Origin: Thermodesulfovibrionales bacterium
Lineage (GTDB): Bacteria; Nitrospirota; Thermodesulfovibrionia; Thermodesulfovibrionales; SM23-35
Direction of reading: 5' to 3'
DNA: 32,322 nt
Assembly: GCA_022013235.1 (NCBI GenBank)
Contig: JAKLQR010000349.1
Coordinates: 1 to 32,322 of the forward strand
The notes below the pieces were generated by a model. The model was not told the origin of the DNA. It saw nothing but the letters and a program-made list of their open reading frames with translations, and ran no database searches. Below are positions 25,411-32,322 of this stretch, piece after piece (position 1 is the first letter of the stretch; each line of letters begins with the position of its first letter). The translations under genes were made by a program, and so were the position numbers.

Positions 25411-26043
25411 ATGGACGCCAAAGAAAAAGCTCCGGAGATTATCAAAAGGTTAAGAAAGGAATATCCGGAATTGAAGACAGCCCTTCAGTTCGGCAATCCC
25501 TTCGAACTCCTCGTTGCAACAATCCTCTCGGCACAGACCACAGATGTCCTTGTCAATAAAATTACTGAAAATCTTTTTAAAAAATACAGGGCGATAAAGG
25601 ATTATGCGGACGCACCGCCCGGAACATTCCAGAAAGATATCAGTTCTGTGAATTTTTACAAGACGAAAGCAAAGAATATACAGAACACCGCAAAAATGTT
25701 ACTGGAGCAATTTCACGCAACAGTGCCAAAGACCATGGAAGAACTCATACGCCTTCCCGGGGTTGCGAGGAAGACTGCGAATATCATCCTTTTCAATGCC
25801 TATGGCATAAACGAAGGGATCGCAGTGGATACCCACGTGAAGAGGCTTGCAAACAGGCTCGGACTTACCCGGAACGAAAACCCGGTGAAAATCGAACAGG
25901 ATTTAATGAAAATAATCCCCAGGGACCAATGGGGAAACATTACCCACCTTCTCATATTTCACGGAAGGAAAATATGCCCGGCAAGAAAACCGAACCACAG
26001 GGAATGTATTCTCTACGATATCTGTCCTTCGCGAAATATTTGA
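25411..26043 (+). CDS. nth: Endonuclease III
   Basis: FELLVATILSAQTTD, HhH-GPD region LPGVARKTANIIL, catalytic region VDTHV, C-terminal Fe-S loop CPARKPNHRECILYDIC. AAGGAGG lies upstream. Confidence 0.9.
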   Translation: MDAKEKAPEIIKRLRKEYPELKTALQFGNPFELLVATILSAQTTDVLVNKITENLFKKYRAIKDYADAPPGTFQKDISSVNFYKTKAKNIQNTAKMLLEQFHATVPKTMEELIRLPGVARKTANIILFNAYGINEGIAVDTHVKRLANRLGLTRNENPVKIEQDLMKIIPRDQWGNITHLLIFHGRKICPARKPNHRECILYDICPSRNI

Positions 26044-26100
26044 CAGGTTCCGAAGAGAACATACTAAGACGGCAAGAAGTCAGGATTCATGTTCTGACAC

Positions 26101-26184
26101 CCTCCCCTTTATCCCCTCCCCTCAAGGGAGTGGAGATTATTAAGTCCCCTCTCCCTTGAGGGGAGAGGGCAAGGGTGAGGGTGA
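26101..26184. repeat. C-tract/G-tract hairpin cluster between nth and cobO
   Basis: CTCCC (26116-26120) pairs with GGGAG (26126-26130). CCCTCTCCC (26147-26155) pairs with GGGAGAGGG (26161-26169). Followed by CAAGGGTGAGGGTGA. Confidence 0.55.
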
Positions 26185-26199
26185 AATGTAGTATTATTT

Positions 26200-26808
26200 A
26201 TGCACTTATTAGTAAATACATCAAACCAAAAGGATAAAGCAGTGAAAAAATCGAACCTCAAATTCATTGAACCAAAAAAAAAGGCCGGCCTCATCGTGGT
26301 TCTGACCGGTGACGGGAAGGGGAAGACTACGTCCGCACTCGGGATGGCGCTGAGGGCAGCCGGGTATGACATGCGGGTCTGCATCATCCAGTTCATGAAA
26401 GGCGATATGCACACGGGGGAAATCGACGGCATAAAGAAATTATCTCCCGCTGTTGAGTTCCATCTCACCGGGAAAGGCTTCTACGGTATACGGGGGGACC
26501 TTCATTCACATGAAGAGCACCGCAAGAATGCCCAGAAGGCAGTAGAAATGGCGAAGCAAAAAATGCTTTTGGGGAATTTCGACATGCTGATCCTCGATGA
26601 AATCAATAATGCGGCCTCGCTGAAACTCGTTGACCTCCCCCAGGTGCTTGATTTACTGGAAAAGAAACCTCCGCTTCTGCACCTTATTCTCACAGGCAGA
26701 GATGCCCATCCGGAGGTAATCGCAAGAGCGCATACAGTAACGGAAATGAGAGAGGTGAAGCATGCCTACAGGCAGGGGATTGAGCCCCAAAAGGGGATAG
26801 ATTACTGA
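26200..26808 (+). CDS. cobO: Cob(I)yrinic acid a,c-diamide (corrinoid) adenosyltransferase, CobO/BtuR type
   Basis: GLIVVLTGDGKGKTTSALGMALRAAG (P-loop), IIQFMKG, LILDEIN. Confidence 0.85.
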   Translation: MHLLVNTSNQKDKAVKKSNLKFIEPKKKAGLIVVLTGDGKGKTTSALGMALRAAGYDMRVCIIQFMKGDMHTGEIDGIKKLSPAVEFHLTGKGFYGIRGDLHSHEEHRKNAQKAVEMAKQKMLLGNFDMLILDEINNAASLKLVDLPQVLDLLEKKPPLLHLILTGRDAHPEVIARAHTVTEMREVKHAYRQGIEPQKGIDY

Positions 26809-26867
26809 GAGACTTCCGGGAATCGCGGGGGAAGATGATATCCCACTGTAGTTTTTCTCAATAATAA

Positions 26868-26894
26868 TTGACAATGAAACCCAAAGCGTATAAT
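26868..26894 (+). promoter_or_regulatory. Candidate promoter of the nuclease-like gene
   Basis: Consensus TTGACA (26868-26873) and TATAAT (26889-26894), but with a short 15-nt spacer. A second TGTATAAT lies at 26907-26914. Confidence 0.35.
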
Positions 26895-27100
26895 CTTTGG
26901 ATCAAATGTATAATCGACATAAAATAAATGTTACCACAATAATTTTGAAAATTATCTCCATTCTTATGGTCTTATGAAAATGCATGATCATTACCTTCAA
27001 ACACTTTCTAAACGCTTTGAATTAGCCATTCAATCTATTTCCTGTTTCGGCAGAACATGCATTTGAATATGGCCCGGAGTTTGAGGTTGTTGTCTGCAAA

Positions 27101-27844
27101 ATGCTAAGGGCTATGCTCCCAGAGAAATATGGCGTATGTCGAGGGCACGCTATTGACAAATTTGGGAACAAGGCTGGTCATGACATCATTATCTACGATC
27201 GTTTGTCATACCCTACATTTCTTCTTCGCGATGAGTACGATTATTCAAGGAAAGAGAGGATTCCAATTGAAGGTATATACATATACATTGAATGCAAGCA
27301 CACTCTGATAGTTGATGGAGGTGATCTTCCTGCAAGCTGCGGCACAGCAGTTCGGCAAGCCGAATCAGTCAAGCAATTGATATCCCAAAGGGAGAAGCTA
27401 ACATGGAATCATATCGACTCATATATTGAAAAAAAAGGCTTTGTCAAGGAATCGCCAGAATGGCTTCCGGATTTTAGGAACCCACCCTTTGCGATGATAT
27501 TATCCAGAAGAGTAGCCCACAAGAAACCTTCAAATCTTATGGATGATCCCGAGGCAATTCATCAAATCCTACTTCAAGCTTCAGATATTCAGAAGTCTGA
27601 GTTTTTACCTGATCTCATTGTCTTAGGTAAGCATAATATTATGATTCCGTCATATGTGCGAGACGGGGAACAAGAAAATAATTTAAGTCTATTTCATCTT
27701 CCTCGCTTCAAAACTTGGGGATATTCTTGTTACAAAATACCGGAATTGGCCTTCGGTCACGCTTTTGCACATCTAATGGCTGTATTAGATTGGATCCGAC
27801 TCGGTCCTCTACCTTGGAATGAGCTTTTGAATGAAAATCTATAA
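27101..27844 (+). CDS. PD-(D/E)XK nuclease-like protein (DUF6602-like by recollection), probably 5'-truncated by a frameshift
   Basis: GHDIIIYD ... IYIYIECKH gives a D...E-x-K arrangement. The reading frame is open with protein-like sequence (PVSAEHAFEYGPEFEVVVCK) back to 27026 without any start codon. ATG 26974 opens MKMHDHYLQTLSKRFELAIQSIS in a different reading frame. Confidence 0.6.
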   Translation: MLRAMLPEKYGVCRGHAIDKFGNKAGHDIIIYDRLSYPTFLLRDEYDYSRKERIPIEGIYIYIECKHTLIVDGGDLPASCGTAVRQAESVKQLISQREKLTWNHIDSYIEKKGFVKESPEWLPDFRNPPFAMILSRRVAHKKPSNLMDDPEAIHQILLQASDIQKSEFLPDLIVLGKHNIMIPSYVRDGEQENNLSLFHLPRFKTWGYSCYKIPELAFGHAFAHLMAVLDWIRLGPLPWNELLNENL

Positions 27845-27892
27845 AAAATGCTATCATTGCGCTTGAACTAGGACGTGGTGAAAGCCTCTCTC

Positions 27893-27934
27893 GAGGGTTC
27901 AAGTTTGTAACTTGAACCCTCTACTGTTTTTATT
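27893..27934 (+). terminator. Strong rho-independent terminator
   Basis: 13-bp perfect stem GAGGGTTCAAGTT-TGT-AACTTGAACCCTC followed by TACTGTTTTTATT. Confidence 0.85.
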
Positions 27935-27972
27935 CACTGGATCAACAATTACTCATCGTTAAATAAATTAAT

Positions 27973-27998
27973 GGGTTCAGGTCGGAGAGACTGAACCC
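27973..27998 (-). terminator. Putative terminator of the MM3350-like gene
   Basis: GGGTTCAG (27973-27980) pairs with CTGAACCC (27991-27998). On the minus strand it is followed by ATTAATTTATTT. Confidence 0.5.
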
Positions 27999-28023
27999 GC
28001 AAGAATCGGCCAATTCTCTCCGG

Positions 28024-28632
28024 TTATAAAAAATCCATCATATCCAACCGGTCATCAGGGTCGTCGAAAAAAACTTCATCCGGGTTGAAGCGCTCAGGAT
28101 CAAAATCCCCTCCGGCCCATTCAAGCATTTCTTCATATTCTTCGTGATGAGGGTCCATTATGATCTCCAGGAAGTGCGCATAGCCTCCGGTGCCGCCGCA
28201 GTCTTCGGGCGGGCATGCCCTCGCTCCGGCAATGCATATAGGGTAATCAATATCCTTCTCTCTTGGCAGGATTTTTTCGAGTTTTATTGTATGCTCCCAG
28301 TCATCTCCAAAATCATATATGTAATCAGCCTTATCGTTCCGTTCCGAAAACCATTTTGATATCTTCTGTTTCGTCTCCAGGAGAGTGGTCGATCCCATAT
28401 CAGAATCAAGTTCTTCATCCTCCATTCCTATAACCGCTTTTCTCCCGGACGAAGGATCAGACATTCTAAACATGTGCAGGTGAGTATCCGTCCACCCCAT
28501 AGCGTCCTGGAGAGCGACATGCAAGTCCCAGAAGGTATAGGTTTCCGGCACCTGGATGCGCCTCCAGATAGCAGGTTTTGTATGCTTCAGAGTGATTTTG
28601 AACTGACAGACTTGTTTAAATTTCCTTTTCAT
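28024..28632 (-). CDS. pRiA4b ORF-3 / MM3350-like domain protein
   Basis: CQFKITLKHTKPAIWRRIQVPETYTFWDLHVALQDAMGWTDTHLHMF and YIYDFGDDWEHTI are typical of this family. GGAGG lies 4 nt upstream of ATG 28632; the track ORF starts at 28662. Confidence 0.75.
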   Translation of the reverse strand: MKRKFKQVCQFKITLKHTKPAIWRRIQVPETYTFWDLHVALQDAMGWTDTHLHMFRMSDPSSGRKAVIGMEDEELDSDMGSTTLLETKQKISKWFSERNDKADYIYDFGDDWEHTIKLEKILPREKDIDYPICIAGARACPPEDCGGTGGYAHFLEIIMDPHHEEYEEMLEWAGGDFDPERFNPDEVFFDDPDDRLDMMDFL

Positions 28633-28769
28633 ACTGCCTCCTTTCCAGGCCATTTTACACAAGCAATGTTATACAACAATGACGTCGTGAATGTCGAGCT
28701 TCCAACAGCCTGCTGGAACTTACAATGGCTCATTGCTATTTCAAGCATATTTTTGGATAATGAATAAGA

Positions 28770-31451
28770 ATGAAAGAGGTTATTCCTGAATTATTATTCG
28801 AAGCAGCAGAAAAATCAAAAGATACAGCCGCTTTCAATTATTTTCATCATGGCTGGGTAACAATCACCTATAGCGACCTCCTGTCAACCACCAAAAGCAT
28901 CGCATCCTACCTAATGAATACCGGCATACAGAAAGGTGACAGGATTGCAATCCTCTCTGAAAACAGGCATGAATGGTGTACGGTATATCTTGCCATATCC
29001 CTGGCAGGCGCTGTAGCAGTCCCGATTGATGCACAACTTGGTCCGGAGGAAATAAAAAACCTCCTTGCCGATTCAGAGTCAAGGGTAATTTTTCACAGCG
29101 CAAAAACCCGGGAAAATCTTCTCAATGCACTGAATCTCCTTTCTTCCTCCTTTCCCCCTGTCAGTGTAAATTTTGATGCTCCCTTATTTATGGACATATG
29201 CCGGACCCCTCACTTGAAAGACTACCCCGGTATATCTGAGGACGATATCGCATCACTCATCTATACCTCGGGCACGACCGGCACACCAAAAGGAGTTCTG
29301 CTTACCCACAAAAACTTCTGTTCTGATGCAGAAGCTATTGAAAAGATCGGGATTATCGCACCCGGTGACAACTTTATATCGATACTCCCGTACCACCATA
29401 CCTATCCTTTCATGGGAAACTTCATTCTCCCCCTTTCTCTGGGACTTACCATAACCTTCCCGCCTAGCCTGAAAGGCCCTGAGCTCCTGGCAACGATACG
29501 GGAAAAAGGTGTTACCATTCTTGTCGGTGTGCCGCAACTGCTTGAACTGATAAGGAACGGTATTCTCGGTAAGATAAAACAACTGCCCGGACCACTGCCG
29601 GGGATAATGCTTCGTGTACTGAAACTCTGCGGTGGCATCAGGCAGTCAACGGGAATCAACACCGGCAAAGTGATATTTAAATCAGCGCACAGGGCACTCG
29701 GTGGCCAGTTCAGATTCTTTGCATCCGGCGGCGCAAAACTGAACCCTGAAGTCATGCAAGACCTTGAGGCGCTCGGATTCACTCTCCTTGAAGGGTATGG
29801 ACTGACAGAAACCTCACCGGTAGTCACGTTCAACAGCCCCCGTCTCAAGAGGAAGCCCGGATCGATCGGCAAACAACTTCCTTCAGTCGAGATAAAGGTC
29901 ATCAGTCCTGAAACCCGGAAAGAAGCAGGCATCATGGAAGAGGGAGAAATTGTGATAAAAGGCCCTATGGTCATGAAGGGCTATTACAGAAATCCACAGG
30001 CAACAGAACAAGTACTGAAAGACGGCTGGTTCTCCAGCGGCGACCTTGGATACAGGGACCAGGATGGATATATTTTCGTTACCGGAAGATTGAAAGAAGT
30101 GATTGTTTTGAGTTCAGGAAAAAATATATACCCGGAAGAAGTAGAGAAACAGTACCTGAAAGTCCCGCTCATAAAAGAGATATGCGTGATGGGGATTGAG
30201 GAGAAAGGGCTGGTAGAGTCCCTCCACGCAGTGGTCGTGCCCGACTTTGAATATGCGAAAAAGGCACAAATCGGAAATCTTCAGGAGACCCTCAAATGGG
30301 AGATAAACGATGTCTCGCTCACGCTCCCTCCGTTTATGAGGATCAGGGGATATTCCCTTCATTCCGACCCCTTGCCGAGGACGCCTCTTGGCAAGCTGCG
30401 CAGGTTCATGGTGAAAGACCTTTTGGACGTAAAAATGGGAAAGTCTAAGGTGAAAAGAGAAGAGGAGACTGTTTTCATCGAGGACCCGCTTGGCAGGAAG
30501 ATAGTCGAAAGTATTCAATCATTACTAAAGGAGAAAATCGCTGTCCAGCTGAAAGATAATCTCGAACTCGATCTCGGCCTGGATTCTCTTGCAAAGATCG
30601 AGCTTATTGTTTCACTCGAAAACGCGTTTTCTATAAAACTGCCGGAAACATTTCTTGCCGATATACAGACAGTCGGTGAACTTGTAGGAAAAATTAAAGA
30701 ATATGGTACGGTTTTCACACAAGGGGAAGAAAAACCACCGGACTGGAAAGACATCCTTCTTACAGAACCTGTGATCGGGGATCAGAAAAAAGTGGGGCTG
30801 CACCTTGCTCCTCTTGAGGATGGGATCACTCTTTGTGGTTTGACACTGTTGCAGGTACTGGGAAAACTATTCTTCAGACTGAAGGCGAAAGGGCTGGAGA
30901 ACATCCCTGAAAAGGGCCCGTATATAATTGCCCCGAACCATACAAGTTATCTCGATGCCTTCGCAGTCGGCGCTGCTCTTCACTTCTCCACCTTTCAACA
31001 TCTCTATATCCTGGGTAGTCAGCAATATTTCAGCAGCAGGCCGGGGAAGATATTCGCACGACTTGCACATGTCATTCCTATCGATCAGGAAACCTATATG
31101 AGCAAGTCATTGCAGATGTCGTCTTATGTACTTATAAATGGAAAAGCGCTTATGGTCTTTCCAGAAGGCGGCAGATCATTCGACGGCAACCTCCTGGAAT
31201 TTAAAAAGGGAGTCGGTATCCTCGCAAGAGAACTGAATATTCCTGTCATTCCTGTATATATCAAAGGCGCGTATCAGGCCCTGCCGCGCACCGCCCGCCG
31301 GCCTAAATTTACCGGGATTGTTGTTATCTTTGGAAAACCACTTCGGACTGCCGATATCGATTTTTCAAAAAAGCCTGCGGGAACAGACGATTCTCAGTTC
31401 TTTGCAAACACACTCAGGGAAAAAGTACGTGATTTACAGGAACTGCAATAA
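28770..31451 (+). CDS. Tri-domain fusion: acyl-AMP/acyl-carrier ligase - ACP - lysophospholipid (PlsC-type) acyltransferase
   Basis: Adenylation motifs YTSGTTGTPKGV, GYGLTET, GDLGYRDQDGYIFVTGRLKE and PRTPLGKLRR. Carrier motif LGLDSLAKIELI. Acyltransferase motifs NHTSYLD (HX4D), VFPEGGRS and IPVIPV. Confidence 0.85.
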   Translation: MKEVIPELLFEAAEKSKDTAAFNYFHHGWVTITYSDLLSTTKSIASYLMNTGIQKGDRIAILSENRHEWCTVYLAISLAGAVAVPIDAQLGPEEIKNLLADSESRVIFHSAKTRENLLNALNLLSSSFPPVSVNFDAPLFMDICRTPHLKDYPGISEDDIASLIYTSGTTGTPKGVLLTHKNFCSDAEAIEKIGIIAPGDNFISILPYHHTYPFMGNFILPLSLGLTITFPPSLKGPELLATIREKGVTILVGVPQLLELIRNGILGKIKQLPGPLPGIMLRVLKLCGGIRQSTGINTGKVIFKSAHRALGGQFRFFASGGAKLNPEVMQDLEALGFTLLEGYGLTETSPVVTFNSPRLKRKPGSIGKQLPSVEIKVISPETRKEAGIMEEGEIVIKGPMVMKGYYRNPQATEQVLKDGWFSSGDLGYRDQDGYIFVTGRLKEVIVLSSGKNIYPEEVEKQYLKVPLIKEICVMGIEEKGLVESLHAVVVPDFEYAKKAQIGNLQETLKWEINDVSLTLPPFMRIRGYSLHSDPLPRTPLGKLRRFMVKDLLDVKMGKSKVKREEETVFIEDPLGRKIVESIQSLLKEKIAVQLKDNLELDLGLDSLAKIELIVSLENAFSIKLPETFLADIQTVGELVGKIKEYGTVFTQGEEKPPDWKDILLTEPVIGDQKKVGLHLAPLEDGITLCGLTLLQVLGKLFFRLKAKGLENIPEKGPYIIAPNHTSYLDAFAVGAALHFSTFQHLYILGSQQYFSSRPGKIFARLAHVIPIDQETYMSKSLQMSSYVLINGKALMVFPEGGRSFDGNLLEFKKGVGILARELNIPVIPVYIKGAYQALPRTARRPKFTGIVVIFGKPLRTADIDFSKKPAGTDDSQFFANTLREKVRDLQELQ

Positions 31452-32102
31452 GGGGGCAGGGTCCGACAGGTCCTCTGCAACATAGTCTGCCCCGGCATCC
31501 CTCAAGTCGTCAGCGGAATAAGGGCCTGTAGCTACCGCAAAACAGGCAGCTCCATATATTTTTGCACATTCCACATCGCGGGGAGTGTCACCTACCACAA
31601 TGCATTCTTCAATCCGTATCGTGTGTGAGGAGAACGCCTGGTAGCGGTTGACTGCAACGGGCAGGAGCATGTTCCGGTCTTCATCATCGCTGCCGAACGC
31701 ACCGCTTGGAAAATATGCGTTGAGCTGAAACGGTTCGAGCTTTATCCGTGCACCCCTTTCCAGATTCCCTGTGAGAAGTCCGAGGGCCATACCATTCATG
31801 TGGTGCAGTTTCTCGAGAGTCTCGTAGATACCCGGTTTGATTGTCTTCCGGTCATTCTGTATCTCCGAATGGAGATGTCTGAGGTATGTTTCCACGATTA
31901 GTTCCAGATTGCCGTCTGCCGACAGACCGTGTTTTATCAACCCTTCACGCATGATTGACGGGTCGGTCTTTCCGGCCATACTGATGCCGTGGAAACCGTT
32001 CTCTATCAAAAATAATTCTTTTAGGGCGGAATCAAGGGCACGAACCCCTGCCCCGCCTGAGTCGATAAGTGTGCCGTCTATGTCGAACAGTATGAGACGC
32101 AT
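31434..32102 (-). CDS. HAD-superfamily hydrolase (phosphoglycolate-phosphatase-like)
   Basis: MRLILFDIDGTLIDS (motif I), LLTGN, VVGDTPRDV. Its 3' end overlaps the fusion gene's 3' end by 18 nt. Confidence 0.8.
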   Translation of the reverse strand: MRLILFDIDGTLIDSGGAGVRALDSALKELFLIENGFHGISMAGKTDPSIMREGLIKHGLSADGNLELIVETYLRHLHSEIQNDRKTIKPGIYETLEKLHHMNGMALGLLTGNLERGARIKLEPFQLNAYFPSGAFGSDDEDRNMLLPVAVNRYQAFSSHTIRIEECIVVGDTPRDVECAKIYGAACFAVATGPYSADDLRDAGADYVAEDLSDPAPLLQFL

Positions 32103-32205
32103 GAATTATTTTACCTTTAAAATCGCAGAATATGCACCCCTTCGTTTATCTTTGGCGAGGAAGCATACCTGTCCCGAACAACTAGTGTAATGTCCCATGA
32201 ATAAC

Positions 32206-32234
32206 TTGACAATAATAACGAATTGCACTATGCT
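32206..32234 (+). promoter_or_regulatory. Candidate promoter for the edge ORF
   Basis: TTGACA (32206-32211), 17-nt spacer, TATGCT (32229-32234). Confidence 0.3.
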
Positions 32235-32259
32235 TCCTCGAAAAGAGAGGGGGAAGCTT

Positions 32260-32322
32260 ATGCCTCGTGGTAGACCAGTCATTCCGCTTGCCTTGAGTGA
32301 AGAGACGCGCAATGAACTTGAA
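32260..32322 (+). mobile_element. Partial ORF (first 21 codons) resembling the N-terminus of an IS630-family transposase / HTH protein
   Basis: MPRGRPVIPLALSEETRNELE, preceded by AGAGAGGGGGA. The pattern (M-x-RGRP...L.LS.EER.EL) recalls IS630 ORFs. Truncated by the window end. Confidence 0.35.

Noticed and set aside
2742-26184. CRISPR array formed by the recurring hairpin repeats
   Set aside because: The copies are kilobases apart, are not regularly spaced and differ in sequence. No cas genes are present.

Overview
This is a 32.3-kb chromosomal window from a diderm (Gram-negative-type) bacterium, probably an uncultivated anaerobe. The lineage cannot be fixed from the sequence alone. Gene content in order: (1) a signal-peptide porin plus pstS-pstC-pstA-pstB-phoU, preceded by an 11-bp-phased Pho-box-like array; (2) an ACT-domain protein, an orphan atpZ/atpI-like pair, hemL and a parvulin-type PPIase lipoprotein; (3) archease and rtcB on the plus strand, separated by a minus-strand operon encoding a NikM/CbiM-PDGLE transporter component and a HAMP-PAS-GNDEF-EAL protein; (4) a DUF401-like permease, a second porin, a heptose-7-phosphate kinase, a PP-loop ATPase and a glycine-zipper lipoprotein; (5) a minus-strand oxidative-stress cluster (small ORF, Fe/Mn-SOD, thioredoxin-fold DUF255/YyaL protein); (6) nth and cobO; (7) a visibly AT-rich two-gene islet with an apparently frameshifted PD-(D/E)XK nuclease-like gene and an MM3350/pRiA4b-ORF3-like gene; (8) an 893-aa acyl-AMP ligase-ACP-acyltransferase fusion, a HAD hydrolase, and the first 21 codons of an IS630-like ORF at the right edge. 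I recognised no rRNA, tRNA or CRISPR array. The non-coding layer includes a three-copy MITE/REP-like family built from GTCATT...hairpin arms, a family of C-tract/G-tract hairpins, and a 29-bp perfect inverted repeat flanking 105 bp between the SOD operon and nth. The best candidates for something undescribed are the split archease/rtcB locus with its embedded orphan metal-transporter / c-di-GMP operon (ATGA translational coupling, degenerate GNDEF, Cys/His-rich PAS), the 29-bp inverted-repeat switch-like element, the AT-rich nuclease islet, and the tri-domain lipid-acylation fusion. All family assignments come from motif recognition by eye. No database search was run.
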